Assembly: GCA_963708075.1 (NCBI GenBank)
Contig: OY970194.1
Coordinates: 3,008,001 to 3,072,000 of the forward strand
Source: Sedimentisphaerales bacterium
Lineage (GTDB): Bacteria > Planctomycetota > Phycisphaerae > Sedimentisphaerales > Anaerobacaceae
Direction: 5' to 3'
DNA: 64,000 nt
Part shown: positions 12,933-22,829 of the stretch, piece by piece
Position numbering within the stretch: position 1 is the first letter of the stretch
Layout of the letters: each line of letters begins with the position of its first letter
The notes under the pieces: generated by a model
Databases searched by the model: none
The model's input: the letters and a program-made list of their open reading frames with translations, nothing else
What the model was told of the DNA's origin: nothing
Translations under genes and position numbers: made by a program

Positions 12933-13718
12933 TTACAGAAAAGCGTCGTCGCCGAGGGATACATCAGTGCCCCACGGATAGATCCGAACCTGGAGCAGCT
13001 TCAGGCCGTGGTTGTCATATTCCCAGTACTCGTTCGCGAGCATATCGTCGAAGATGGGAACGCGCACATACACGGTGTCGATGACGAAACCATCTGCATC
13101 CAGGATTTCGACCTGCAGAACGAGGGTCGTAAGCTCAGCCGTCACGTTTGCGAACTCGGTCTTGCCCTTGACACGGGTAGTGACTTCCGAGCCGACTTGC
13201 TCAAGGGAGCACTGGCCACCGAAATAGCCTGCACGGTTCAGGACGCGGACAGCAGCGGCATCGAGGAAGTCCGCGAGTTCACTCGTCAGGATCGTCGCGC
13301 AGGTGGTTATGTTGGCATAAGGCAAGTCTTTGGGGCTGCCCAGAGGCCGGACATAGATCGAATACGCGGACGTGGTATCGGCGCCGTCTTCATCACCGAT
13401 CACGTAGGCATCGAGGTCCGGGTCCTCCATCTGGAACGTCGCGCCATCAGCATCGGTACCGTTCTTGTCCAGCACGGCAAACTCATCGCCCACGACCAGG
13501 CAGATCTTGGAGAAGCCGTTGAGGTCCACGAAGATGGTGTTGCCATAACCATGCTCCGCCTCGGCTTGGTTGAAATCCACTTTCTTGGGGTTCTGCACGC
13601 CGATGATGTTCAGGGTCTCATGCGCACCGACCAATTTCTGTCCGTCAGTGCCCTCGAGGGACCAAGCCGTCCCCACAATCATCGCCAGCACCGCTAGACT
13701 CACAATCACTCTCTTCAT
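12933..13718 (-). CDS. Secreted acidic hypothetical protein
   Basis: Signal peptide MKRVIVSLAVLAMIVGTAWS, GAGGAG RBS, strong coding-like codon use; motifs GAHETLNIIGV and YWEYDNHGLKLLQVRIYP. Confidence 0.8.
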   Translation of the reverse strand: MKRVIVSLAVLAMIVGTAWSLEGTDGQKLVGAHETLNIIGVQNPKKVDFNQAEAEHGYGNTIFVDLNGFSKICLVVGDEFAVLDKNGTDADGATFQMEDPDLDAYVIGDEDGADTTSAYSIYVRPLGSPKDLPYANITTCATILTSELADFLDAAAVRVLNRAGYFGGQCSLEQVGSEVTTRVKGKTEFANVTAELTTLVLQVEILDADGFVIDTVYVRVPIFDDMLANEYWEYDNHGLKLLQVRIYPWGTDVSLGDDAFL

Positions 13719-14381
13719 TTTTCATCTCCTCTTCAAATACCAGTTATTGTTCGTGTTAACATCACCATCCCTCGGCCTCACTCTGCGGCATCCCTCCTTC
13801 GATGCCATCATTGTTGCTACCATCTCTCCCTGAAAACCTTACTCTCCTCACCTCCTTTCTGGATTGTTCCGCCGCCTGCGCGAATTGTCGCGCCTGCGTC
13901 AGTGCAATCCAAAACGCACGTCTGGATCTGGCTTCCAACTATGAACAGACTGATCTATGTAAAGAACTCGGTGTGATGACGCGTGGTGGAAATGACCACC
14001 GCTCTCTCCATCCCCTACCCCTTCTCTTCTCTCACTCTCAACCCGTAGGTTCCCAAAACGCGATAAGATCGCCCTCAGGATCCCTTTGTGTAACCTTCCT
14101 CTCGCGAAACGCCCGTATTTTATAGGTCCTTCCACCCAAAAGTCAAGCCAAAAGAAAAAAAACACAGATCTTCAGTGAATTCTCGGACCTGAGCGACATT
14201 TCAGTGGGTTTCTGTCGCGACGTAATTCTTTTGATGAAAACCACTTACGAGCACGGCCACCTGTCACGCGGCAGCCTCGTGACGTGCCATCCAGCCAGGG
14301 ACTTTGGCGAAGGTGATGACCACAGAAAGGACTGCCCCGGACAAGCCATGGCAGCGGGACATATGTCACGTCCGCCGGAGG

Positions 14382-15434
14382 TCACTGGAGGTCTATCAGG
14401 ATTTGGGCGGCGGCGAGGTTGGGGTTGGTCCAGTGGATGGCCGCGAGGGCCTGTCGGGTCTGAGGCGTCAGGGGCATGCGCCAGCGGTCGGCGAAGACGG
14501 ACGAGAGGTCTTTCCCGGCCGCACAGGAAGCACAGACCAGCCAATTCAGGGATTGACGCAGGGCCGCTTCCTCGGTCTTTGGCTCGACCTGTGGGCACGC
14601 AGCGAGCTGAGCGAAGAAGCGTTTGAGCCATCGCTCGCCCCCGCAATCGCGACGCAGCTTGAGCATCGCCGAGGCGTACATCACCGGCTGGTCGGAGCAC
14701 CCGATCGGTTCGCCATTCTTGTCCTTGAGCCGAGGGGCCTTCTCGTCCAGGCCGGCGGCCGTGGTAAAGCCCTGGAGGAAGCTCATGTCGGATTCGGCGA
14801 ACAGCTTCTCGGCGGCCTCAATGCCTCGCCGGGTCTCGATATCCGGATCGTCGCATTTCAGGACGTCCATGCATACGTATCGCATGAAGACGGCGTAGCC
14901 CGTGATGAATAGCGAGTGCCGGTCCTCGAAGGTGTAGAAGTTGCGGCCCATCTCATAGAAATAGTAGTGAGGCATGGCCTTGGGATTGGAGGCAAGCAGG
15001 CGGCAGTCCTCGTCATAGAAGCCGGCGTACTCGATGCCCGTCAGGCCGACGTACCCGCAGCCGAAGCCGCAGGTAAAGTCGGCGTTTGGCACAGCGATCA
15101 TCGTGGGTTTGCCGTCGAGCTGCTTGAATAGCTCAGGCCGTCGGCCCGTCAGATCGGCATAGAGCCGCCACCCGGCGTCGAGCCGCGCCAGCAGCCGGCC
15201 CATGACCTCGCCATCCATGTTACTTCGCGTCGTGAGAAATACGACCTCCTTGCCCTGCCATGGAAATAGCTTCGTCGAGGTATTCGTCTGCTTCCAGTGA
15301 TTGGGGTCAATGACGATCTCGTTGCACTCCACGGGCGTCCCAGGCCCAACGCCCGCCTGCGCCTCGGAATGCCAGCAGCACAGGGACACTCCGGGCAAAC
15401 AGAAAAGCAGACACGTGACACTGGATCGAATCAT
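14382..15434 (-). CDS. Secreted hypothetical protein
   Basis: Signal peptide ending AQA; 350 aa with GC3-biased codons; motif YYFYEMGRNFY...TGYAVFMRY. Confidence 0.75.
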   Translation of the reverse strand: MIRSSVTCLLFCLPGVSLCCWHSEAQAGVGPGTPVECNEIVIDPNHWKQTNTSTKLFPWQGKEVVFLTTRSNMDGEVMGRLLARLDAGWRLYADLTGRRPELFKQLDGKPTMIAVPNADFTCGFGCGYVGLTGIEYAGFYDEDCRLLASNPKAMPHYYFYEMGRNFYTFEDRHSLFITGYAVFMRYVCMDVLKCDDPDIETRRGIEAAEKLFAESDMSFLQGFTTAAGLDEKAPRLKDKNGEPIGCSDQPVMYASAMLKLRRDCGGERWLKRFFAQLAACPQVEPKTEEAALRQSLNWLVCASCAAGKDLSSVFADRWRMPLTPQTRQALAAIHWTNPNLAAAQILIDLQ

Positions 15435-15479
15435 TACTTTGCCCTACCCAATACCCAGGTGGCGTTGAGACGAAACCAT

Positions 15480-15508
15480 ACTGTAGGACGTGGGATCCCG
15501 GCGGTCAA
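15480..15508 (-). promoter_or_regulatory. sigma70-type promoter
   Basis: Minus strand TTGACC-N17-TACAGT, upstream of 15434. Confidence 0.45.
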
Positions 15509-15644
15509 TGACAAACCGGGAGGCGTCTGTGTAGAGCAACGGGTGCGAGGAATCCGTATTGCGGCTGGAGCGGCGCGGTATTAAAATGGCCGGATACGTG
15601 GTTGGCAACGTGGATAGAATCAAACAGCAGTGAGGAGCCATGGT

Positions 15645-16934
15645 ATGAGTCGCACGGGCATAGCGGATAACAGGCACATCAATCGCCGGCAGTTTTTGCA
15701 GGGGTCCGCCCTGGTGGCCGGTGCGGCCTTTGCGATTCCGACGATTGTCCCATCCTCGGTTTTTGGAGCGGCTGCGCCGTCCGAGCGGATCACCATCGGG
15801 TGCATCGGCGTGGGGAATATGGGCAGCAGCGACCTGAAGGCTTTCAAGGGCAATCCAAACTCCCAGGTCGTGGCGGTGTGTGAGGTAGATGCCGAGCGGC
15901 TTAAGGCCGCACGCGAGCTGGCGGGGATCGACGCCGGCTCCTGCTACAAGGATTTTCGCGAGCTTCTGGCGCGAAGCGACATCGATGCGGTGACGGTGGT
16001 CACGCCGGACCATTGGCACGTGCCCATCTGCATCGCCGCAGTCCACACGGGCAAGGACGTGTACTGCGAGAAGCCTCTGACCCTGGCGATCCTCGAAGGC
16101 CGGCAGTTGGTCAACGAGGTGAAACGGTACGGCCGCATCCTGCAGACGGGCTCGCAGCAGCGCTCCAGCGACAACTTCCGCAAGGCCTGCGAGCTAGTCC
16201 GAAACGGCTACATCGGCGAGGTAAAGACGGTGATCGTCGGACTGCCCAACAATAACCGCACGTGCGAGCCGACGTGGCAGCCGCAACCTGTGCCGGAAGG
16301 GTTCGATTACGATTTCTGGCTGGGACCTGCCGAGTGGGCCCCCTACCACAAACAGCGATGTCACTACGAGTTCCGCTTCCTCCTTGAGTACTCCGGTGGC
16401 CAGGTGACAAACTGGGGCGCGCATCACCTCGACATCGCCCAGTGGGGCCTGGGCATGGACAACACCGGGCCGGTCGAGATCGTCGGCCAGGGCGAGTTCC
16501 CGCAGAGCGGCCTGTTCACGACGGCCACGAAGGTCCACTTCGAGGCGACCTACGCCACCGGCACAAAGCTCATCTGCAGGACGGGCGGATCAAACACACG
16601 ATTCGAGGGAACCAAGGGCTGGGTGGACGTCAAGCGAGGGGGCCTGAAGACTGAGCCGGAATCGCTGGCGACACAGGTGATCGGCCCGCAGGAGACCCAC
16701 CTGTACGACAGCAAGAACCACCACCAGAACTTCCTGGACTGCATCAGGAACCGCCAGGAGCCCATCGCCAATGCGGAGGTCGGACATCGCAGCTCGACGC
16801 TATGTCACCTGGGGAACATTGCCATGCTGCTGAAGCGCCCGCTGAAATGGGATCCGGCCAAAGAGGAATTCATAGGCGACACGGTCGCCAACCGCATGCG
16901 CTGGCGGCCACGAAGGGCCCCGTGGAACCTGTAG
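15645..16934 (+). CDS. Tat-exported Gfo/Idh/MocA oxidoreductase
   Basis: INRRQFLQ Tat motif; IGVGNMG; TPDHWH; DVYCEKP; GSQQRS; NWGAHHLD. Confidence 0.95.
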   Translation: MSRTGIADNRHINRRQFLQGSALVAGAAFAIPTIVPSSVFGAAAPSERITIGCIGVGNMGSSDLKAFKGNPNSQVVAVCEVDAERLKAARELAGIDAGSCYKDFRELLARSDIDAVTVVTPDHWHVPICIAAVHTGKDVYCEKPLTLAILEGRQLVNEVKRYGRILQTGSQQRSSDNFRKACELVRNGYIGEVKTVIVGLPNNNRTCEPTWQPQPVPEGFDYDFWLGPAEWAPYHKQRCHYEFRFLLEYSGGQVTNWGAHHLDIAQWGLGMDNTGPVEIVGQGEFPQSGLFTTATKVHFEATYATGTKLICRTGGSNTRFEGTKGWVDVKRGGLKTEPESLATQVIGPQETHLYDSKNHHQNFLDCIRNRQEPIANAEVGHRSSTLCHLGNIAMLLKRPLKWDPAKEEFIGDTVANRMRWRPRRAPWNL

Positions 16935-18113
16935 TCCTGTGTCGAAGTCATCAATCGCCACGGTGACCGCGCGGTCAGCTCCATAGTACCGGCGCACCGC
17001 CTGAGGCCACTTATCACCCTGCGGCAACGCGCCTCGATTCTCCCGGCAGTATGTAGACACGGTGCCACATAGTTCCCTGACGATGCCCATGGATGCCGCC
17101 TGCCTGCGTGCCTCGCGTCCTGCGGACATGCCGTCCAGGAATCCGGCGATCATCGCCAGCAGCATGATCGCGAGAAAGAACCCGGAAATGCAGATACCTG
17201 CTATCGCCAGACCCCGGCCCGTCACGCGGCCGTGGCTTCTTTTGATGTCGTGGAGCCCGCAGATGCCCAGCAGGAAACCCAGAATCGCCGTGATCCCGCA
17301 CGTGAACAGGCCGCAAAGCCCCAGGACGAGGCTGGCGATAGCCCATCCGGAGGTATGCGAGATCGGCGCCGGATGCGTGTGTTCCCCGGGGTAGCGTGCC
17401 GCATGCAGCATCTGGGTGAGCACGAGCATTCGCTCTCTGTTGAAGTCCCTGATGCAGCACAGGACAATCAGGCCGATGATGGTCAGCAGACCGACGAGAC
17501 CCCAGAGAGGATTGCGCCCCTTGTATCTCGCGCAGTAAATCAGGCCGATAGTCAGGGGGACCATGCCCACCAGGCCGAGGAGGACGGCCAGCGAGCTGAC
17601 CGCGGGAGCCGCCGTCGGGTCCTCACGAGCCGGGGAGACGAGGATCATGGTGTTCGAGATCGCCACCATGATGAATCCGGGCACCCCGAGAAGCAGACTC
17701 CAGCGGTTGCAGGAGCTCCGGAATTCCTGGAGGGCGAGGTACTCCCGCTCCAGTTGCGCAACGTCGGGCCCCTCGCCCGCGGCCATCGGGTGGACCTGCG
17801 CCGATCCATTCAGAGGCCGACGGCAATGCACACATGTGGCGGCATCGGTGAGAACCGCCCCGCCGCACCACGGACACGGTCTGACGCCCAAGTCTCCTCG
17901 CACACGTTGATCCGCATCAACGCGCGATACAGCGGCGGCAGGACGGCCCCGTGTATCCGCACCCAGGCCGGCACGGTCCCCGACGAGACGCTCCCCGTTG
18001 AGAGGCACGACCACATGATGATGACATTTCGGACATTTGCCCTTGCGGCCGGCCCAGCCTTCCGAGGCCTTGATTCGATATCCACACTTGTCGCATGTAA
18101 AACGGATCATCAT
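16800..18113 (-). CDS. Membrane protein with zinc-ribbon motifs and DUF4190 domain (C-terminus possibly truncated)
   Basis: MIRFTCDKCG...CPKC and CPWCG...CVHC ribbons; TSGWAIASLVLG...GRGLAIAGI DUF4190 pattern; last 135 bp overlap the convergent oxidoreductase. Confidence 0.8.
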   Translation of the reverse strand: MMIRFTCDKCGYRIKASEGWAGRKGKCPKCHHHVVVPLNGERLVGDRAGLGADTRGRPAAAVSRVDADQRVRGDLGVRPCPWCGGAVLTDAATCVHCRRPLNGSAQVHPMAAGEGPDVAQLEREYLALQEFRSSCNRWSLLLGVPGFIMVAISNTMILVSPAREDPTAAPAVSSLAVLLGLVGMVPLTIGLIYCARYKGRNPLWGLVGLLTIIGLIVLCCIRDFNRERMLVLTQMLHAARYPGEHTHPAPISHTSGWAIASLVLGLCGLFTCGITAILGFLLGICGLHDIKRSHGRVTGRGLAIAGICISGFFLAIMLLAMIAGFLDGMSAGREARRQAASMGIVRELCGTVSTYCRENRGALPQGDKWPQAVRRYYGADRAVTVAIDDFDTGLQVPRGPSWPPAHAVGDRVAYEFLFGRIPFQRALQQHGNVPQVT

Positions 18114-18444
18114 TGTTGCCCCCTTCCATCCCAGTGAGCCACTACAACCTGACTTTTCAGGCATTGAATCCAGAGCCAAACGCGGCTCTGCTACCTGGGA
18201 TTCGCCGGATTGGCGGGCATCCTGCGCGGGGCATGAGAGAATTTTGAAGGGGACCGTCCCGATTCCCCCCGCCTGACCTTCTCGCACAGCAGGCGTGTTC
18301 CCCGCAGGCTACCGGTGTGTCCGGCTCACCCGCGGTCACGCCGACGCGATCGAGGCCGATGGTCCTCGACTGCCCGAGCCGGATGTGTGTCCGGCCCTTT
18401 GGACCCAAGGCGGCCCGCGCGCTGCCCGCAAGCCGCAGACAGTC

Positions 18445-20124
18445 TCAACGGCGTCTGGGCGTGGTGGTGGGCGGCTCCGGCGGCTGTGTGTGCTGCTGCC
18501 AGAGAGTCATGAACATGTCATAATCCGTCGCATCGAAGACGCCGTCGCCGTTGATGTCGCCGGAGAATGGGACTTCGTTTCTCTCGGCGTAGATCGTGCC
18601 GCCGTGAGCACCGACGTTCAAGCGCCCGCCGTTGGGCTTGCTCTCCAGGGAGAAATCAGCCGCCGGGTCGCCCGCATCGGCGCATGGGCTCGTCACGTCA
18701 TCCAGGACCCACACGTCGTGCTCAGGCCAGTACCGCCCTCGCACGCTTCGCACGTGGTAGTCGCCACCTTCCGGATCGACAAACAGCGGGTCGCTGCTGA
18801 GATTGTCGCCAGCCGAGAGGAAGGCATGATCCATAGGATTGAGCGGCGTGACCAACTGCACGCAACTGTACTTCACCTCGCATGAGGATACGTCGTTCTC
18901 CGTATTGGCCCAAATGATGCTATTGCTGATGCTGGGACGAAGGGCCCGCCAGGTATCAGAGAGGCCATAGGCGTCCACCCCATAAACATTGCCGGTGACG
19001 GTGACGTTGGTGATTGTCGGCGTACTATGTGCGCAGAAGACACCGATGTAGCTGTTGGCAATCACGAAGTTGCGAAGGACCGTGTCCGGCCCCTCGCCCA
19101 TGTAGAAGGACACGCCAAATCCATCCGGCGCTTCGATGATGGCCGCATCGCCTATGCTCTGCAGGGTAATCGCCTTGCCCAGGAATCGGACTTCCTCGCG
19201 ATACACGCCAGGGTAGACATTGACTATGTCTCCTTTCTGCGCCAGGTCGATGGCCTTCTGAATGGTCGCCAGCGCCGATCGCGGACTCAGACCGGCATTT
19301 GTGTCACTGCCATGCGTCCCATCGACATACAGGTCGCCCGGGGCGGTGACGTCGCGATAGAGCTGCCGGACTGCCGTCGAGGAGAGGGCCCGGTCGAAGA
19401 TCATGAGCTCATCCATCATGCCTTCAAAGTGGTATCGCGGGGGGCCTGCCGTGTTCGTGTACCTGCCCACGTTGACCTTGTCATCATCGTAGCTACCCAC
19501 AAAGTCGATGGGCGTCGAGGAGTAGGCCCGCCAGGCATCCAACTCACCGTCCACGTAGATCTCCTGCAACGTGCCCCTCCGCACCGCCGCAATGTGGTAC
19601 CACCGGCCTTTGACGACAATCGTCTGCGAATACAGATCCTCGTCGCTCTGGACGATGGTGGTCATTTGGAACGAGATTTTACCTGTGCCACCCCGTCGTT
19701 GGATCTGGTATCCGAGCTCGTTCCCCGGATCACTGCTTGAGGCGTGATTGAGGTCCACGAGCACCTCGCTTTCCTCGACCGACGATCCCTTATCCCGCTC
19801 GAAGTAGACCCACAGGGAGACGGTGAAATCGTTAACGGGCAGCCAAACAGGATCGTTGTTGGGCAAAGCCACGTAATCGTCTATGCCATCGAACAGCAAT
19901 CCGGCGCCGACTCGTCCCGGCACCCATCGCACCCCGTACACGGTGCCGGATCGGTCGCCTGCCGTGTCGAGAGCCTGGGTTCCTCCGTCCTCATCGAACG
20001 TCCAGATGTGGGTGGCGCCCGTGCCGGGATGCGCGGGTCCATGAATACACAGACACAACGACAGGATGAATGTAAGCCCATTCGCTCTGATGTCGAGTCC
20101 TCCTGCAATCAGGATCTGCTGCAA
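18445..20124 (-). CDS. Secreted LamG + beta-helix (DUF1565-like) + dockerin/EF-hand-like protein
   Basis: WTFDE...FDGIDDYV...WYHIAAV...MDELMIFDRAL (LamG); LYVDG...ATIQKAID; C-terminal GDINGDGVFDATDY. Start uncertain. Confidence 0.85.
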   Translation of the reverse strand: MQQILIAGGLDIRANGLTFILSLCLCIHGPAHPGTGATHIWTFDEDGGTQALDTAGDRSGTVYGVRWVPGRVGAGLLFDGIDDYVALPNNDPVWLPVNDFTVSLWVYFERDKGSSVEESEVLVDLNHASSSDPGNELGYQIQRRGGTGKISFQMTTIVQSDEDLYSQTIVVKGRWYHIAAVRRGTLQEIYVDGELDAWRAYSSTPIDFVGSYDDDKVNVGRYTNTAGPPRYHFEGMMDELMIFDRALSSTAVRQLYRDVTAPGDLYVDGTHGSDTNAGLSPRSALATIQKAIDLAQKGDIVNVYPGVYREEVRFLGKAITLQSIGDAAIIEAPDGFGVSFYMGEGPDTVLRNFVIANSYIGVFCAHSTPTITNVTVTGNVYGVDAYGLSDTWRALRPSISNSIIWANTENDVSSCEVKYSCVQLVTPLNPMDHAFLSAGDNLSSDPLFVDPEGGDYHVRSVRGRYWPEHDVWVLDDVTSPCADAGDPAADFSLESKPNGGRLNVGAHGGTIYAERNEVPFSGDINGDGVFDATDYDMFMTLWQQHTQPPEPPTTTPRRR

Positions 20125-20248
20125 ACTGTACGCATCGCTCGTCGGCCCGCCGTCGGCAGTCGCATGATTTCCGCTTCTTCTATTGTACCGGGTGACGGAG
20201 CCGATTCAAGTAAAAACAACGGATGTATATGCGGGAAATGTGGATGGC

Positions 20249-21277
20249 TCAGGCGGCGAGGTCGTTGCCGGGAGGGCTCGCTTTCTTCGCTTGCCCAGCC
20301 CAGGCAAGCCAGTAGACAAGTCCAATCGCCGCCATGAAGATCAGGGAGGAGAACAGGATCATGGACATCAGCAATGCTTCCGCCCGGCCGACGCCGTACC
20401 CTGCGAGCAGGCCCACGAGGGTCACCTCGCGCACCCCGAGGTTGGCTATGGAAATCGGTAGTTTGCTCAGAAGAAAGATGACGGCGCACAGCCACATCAG
20501 GACGCCGACGGATACGTCGATATGGGCCGCCCGCGCGGCAAAGAAGTAGATCAGGAGGCCGACACATAGGCTATTCACAGCATTTATGGCGGCAATGACC
20601 GCGTGGAATCGGAAGCCCGCCGTCTGAAAGGCGGCGATCTGCGTCAGCATGGTCTGTCCTTTGTTCCACAGGCCGCCCGGCAGCCATCGCAGCAGAGCCG
20701 CCAGCACTTTCGTAACCGTCGCACCGGTCCGCGGATCCAGCAGGAGCACGCTCACGGCTGTAATCGCGACGAGGAGGAGGCCGCTGACCACCGGCACAAT
20801 CCAGGTTCGCTGCTCGCCCGGGACGCCGGTCTTCGCAGGGTTTGTCACGATCAGAGCCGCCAGCCCGATCACCGTCATCACGACGGACAGCGTCACCTGA
20901 TTATACAGCATACTGCTCAGTACGTTGCTGCCTTTGCCGGTGAGCCGCTTGAGAATGTACCATTTCACGCCCGTGCTCAGGATGCCGGGCAGGACCAGGC
21001 TGTAAAGGGAGGTGATGGAACTGACGCCAAACAGCGTGTTCACACCGACCCGGCAATCCTGCTTACTGAGGATCAACTGCATGGCCAGGCACTGCAGCCA
21101 GAAGAAAGCCGCGGTAGACAGCCATACACCGACCAGGCAAGGCCAGTTTGCCGCGCTCACAGTCTGCCGGAATTGTGAGAAATCGACCTGCGAGAGGACC
21201 CACGCCAGTAGTATGCCCGTCACGGAGACTTTGGCCAGGAGCTTCAGGACCTGCTTGGTACGAATGGACATTGCCAC
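20249..21277 (-). CDS. Lysylphosphatidylglycerol-synthase TM (flippase-like) membrane protein
   Basis: About 8 TM helices; LPISIANLGVRE motif; last gene of the glycosylation operon. Confidence 0.85.
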   Translation of the reverse strand: MAMSIRTKQVLKLLAKVSVTGILLAWVLSQVDFSQFRQTVSAANWPCLVGVWLSTAAFFWLQCLAMQLILSKQDCRVGVNTLFGVSSITSLYSLVLPGILSTGVKWYILKRLTGKGSNVLSSMLYNQVTLSVVMTVIGLAALIVTNPAKTGVPGEQRTWIVPVVSGLLLVAITAVSVLLLDPRTGATVTKVLAALLRWLPGGLWNKGQTMLTQIAAFQTAGFRFHAVIAAINAVNSLCVGLLIYFFAARAAHIDVSVGVLMWLCAVIFLLSKLPISIANLGVREVTLVGLLAGYGVGRAEALLMSMILFSSLIFMAAIGLVYWLAWAGQAKKASPPGNDLAA

Positions 21278-21285
21278 GTCAGAGC

Positions 21286-22011
21286 CTACCGATTATGCCC
21301 CAGAATCAGGACCCGGCGCGACAGGGTGAGCTGCAACTTGTACAACCTGCTGCACACCGAGCAGTACGGAAACAACGCCTCCAGAGCGCCGAACGGCATG
21401 CGAGAGGCGAACGCCGACAGGATCACGGCCGCCGCACCGCCGAACGGGCCGCTCATGTAGTCGCTTCGGATGCCCTCGTACCCCGCATTCACCAGGAGCT
21501 GATCGAGGCGACGACGCGTCGTGACGTAGTTGTGCGAGAAGTCGCAATTGAAGAACTGCTGGCGCCAGCTCAGATAGTCCGGCGAGTGGATCAGGAACTT
21601 GCCGCCCGGATTCAGGACCCGCCTAATCTGACACGCCGTGTCGAGCGCCTGCTCCAGGCCGTTCATGTGCTCCATCACATTGACCATGGCGACGAGATCG
21701 AACTTGCGGTCCAGGGCCGGCAGCGGCGGGACCCTCGCACAAATGACGTGAGCTCCTTTCTGTCGCAGCGACTCGGCCAGTCCGACGTTGGGCTCCACCG
21801 CGTGGTATTCCATCTTTTGTGCGAGGCAAAGCTCGGCGAACTCCCCCCGCCCAGGACCGATCTCCAGGACGCTGCTCCCCGGCGACACATCCGCGAATGC
21901 CAGGATTCGCTGCGAGGCCCGCCGCATAAATCGCAGGCCCAGCCCCGTCGGCTGCTCGGCCTTTCGTAGATGGTCAAAGAAGGCCTCGGTTGCCTTTTGT
22001 TCATCCGTCAT
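21286..22011 (-). CDS. Class I SAM-dependent methyltransferase
   Basis: VLEIGPGRG motif I; NVMEHM; LNPGG. ATG 22011 overlaps the upstream stop. Confidence 0.9.
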   Translation of the reverse strand: MTDEQKATEAFFDHLRKAEQPTGLGLRFMRRASQRILAFADVSPGSSVLEIGPGRGEFAELCLAQKMEYHAVEPNVGLAESLRQKGAHVICARVPPLPALDRKFDLVAMVNVMEHMNGLEQALDTACQIRRVLNPGGKFLIHSPDYLSWRQQFFNCDFSHNYVTTRRRLDQLLVNAGYEGIRSDYMSGPFGGAAAVILSAFASRMPFGALEALFPYCSVCSRLYKLQLTLSRRVLILGHNR

Positions 22012-22829
22012 TGCTTTTTCCTCGCGATCAACACGCGCTCGTCGGCGCAACGTTCTTTGTATTCCTCGTAGACCCGCAGATCGTAGATCGCCTTGTAGAG
22101 AAGGTAGTCCTGTTTGCGGACGATCTCGAAGCCATGCGACAGCAGAACCTGCTCGATCTTGCCCCACTCGATGTGGTCGTCGGGCCAGACGTGGATGTCG
22201 CCCTCCCGCTTGTAGCGGGGATTCGCCAGTCGTCGAAGGATGTGCTTGTAGCCCTTGACGTCGAGCATCAAGGATACCATGCGTCGCCAATCCACTCGTG
22301 GCCGGGCTTTCGTCAAGAACTCCGCGTAGATGGCCGGCCTTTGATAATACGCTTCCGTCACCTCGTGATCGATGTAGATGACGCCGCCGGGTTTGATCAC
22401 TCTGCACATCTCCTCGACGATGCGAAGGTAATCCGGGACATGATGCAGCACGGAGTAAGTAGCGACCAGATCAAAGCGAGTGTCCGGCACGTTGGACAGA
22501 TCTGCCCCGTTGATTCTGAGTGTTTCCACCTTGCCTGTCCCGGAGAACTTCCGCTCGACGGCCTTGAGATAATCATCGGACACGTCGGCGGCGACGACGT
22601 GGAAACCCAACTCGCTCAGATGCCTGGTCAGGTTGCCCGATCCGCAGCCATGGTCGAAGGCCATCAAAGGCTTCGAGCCTGTCTGCACTGCATTCATTGC
22701 CTCCTGGAGTGCACTGTATAATCGCCGCTGCTCTATCGGGTTGAAGATCTCGTGGTGCGATGTCTCGTACACTGCGGCACCGGTCTTCTCAAGGTTCTCA
22801 ATACCCATGGATTCGCCTTTATGCGTCAC
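22008..22829 (-). CDS. Class I SAM-dependent methyltransferase
   Basis: FDHGCGSGN; FDLVATYSVLHHVPDY; IKPGG. Alternative start at ATG 22808. Confidence 0.9.
   Translation of the reverse strand: MTHKGESMGIENLEKTGAAVYETSHHEIFNPIEQRRLYSALQEAMNAVQTGSKPLMAFDHGCGSGNLTRHLSELGFHVVAADVSDDYLKAVERKFSGTGKVETLRINGADLSNVPDTRFDLVATYSVLHHVPDYLRIVEEMCRVIKPGGVIYIDHEVTEAYYQRPAIYAEFLTKARPRVDWRRMVSLMLDVKGYKHILRRLANPRYKREGDIHVWPDDHIEWGKIEQVLLSHGFEIVRKQDYLLYKAIYDLRVYEEYKERCADERVLIARKKQ

Noticed and set aside
13848..13860. 16S rRNA 3' end remnant (TCACCTCCTTTCT)
   Set aside because: No flanking rRNA sequence such as GGCTGGA or the terminal helix; better read as an SD-like motif on the minus strand.
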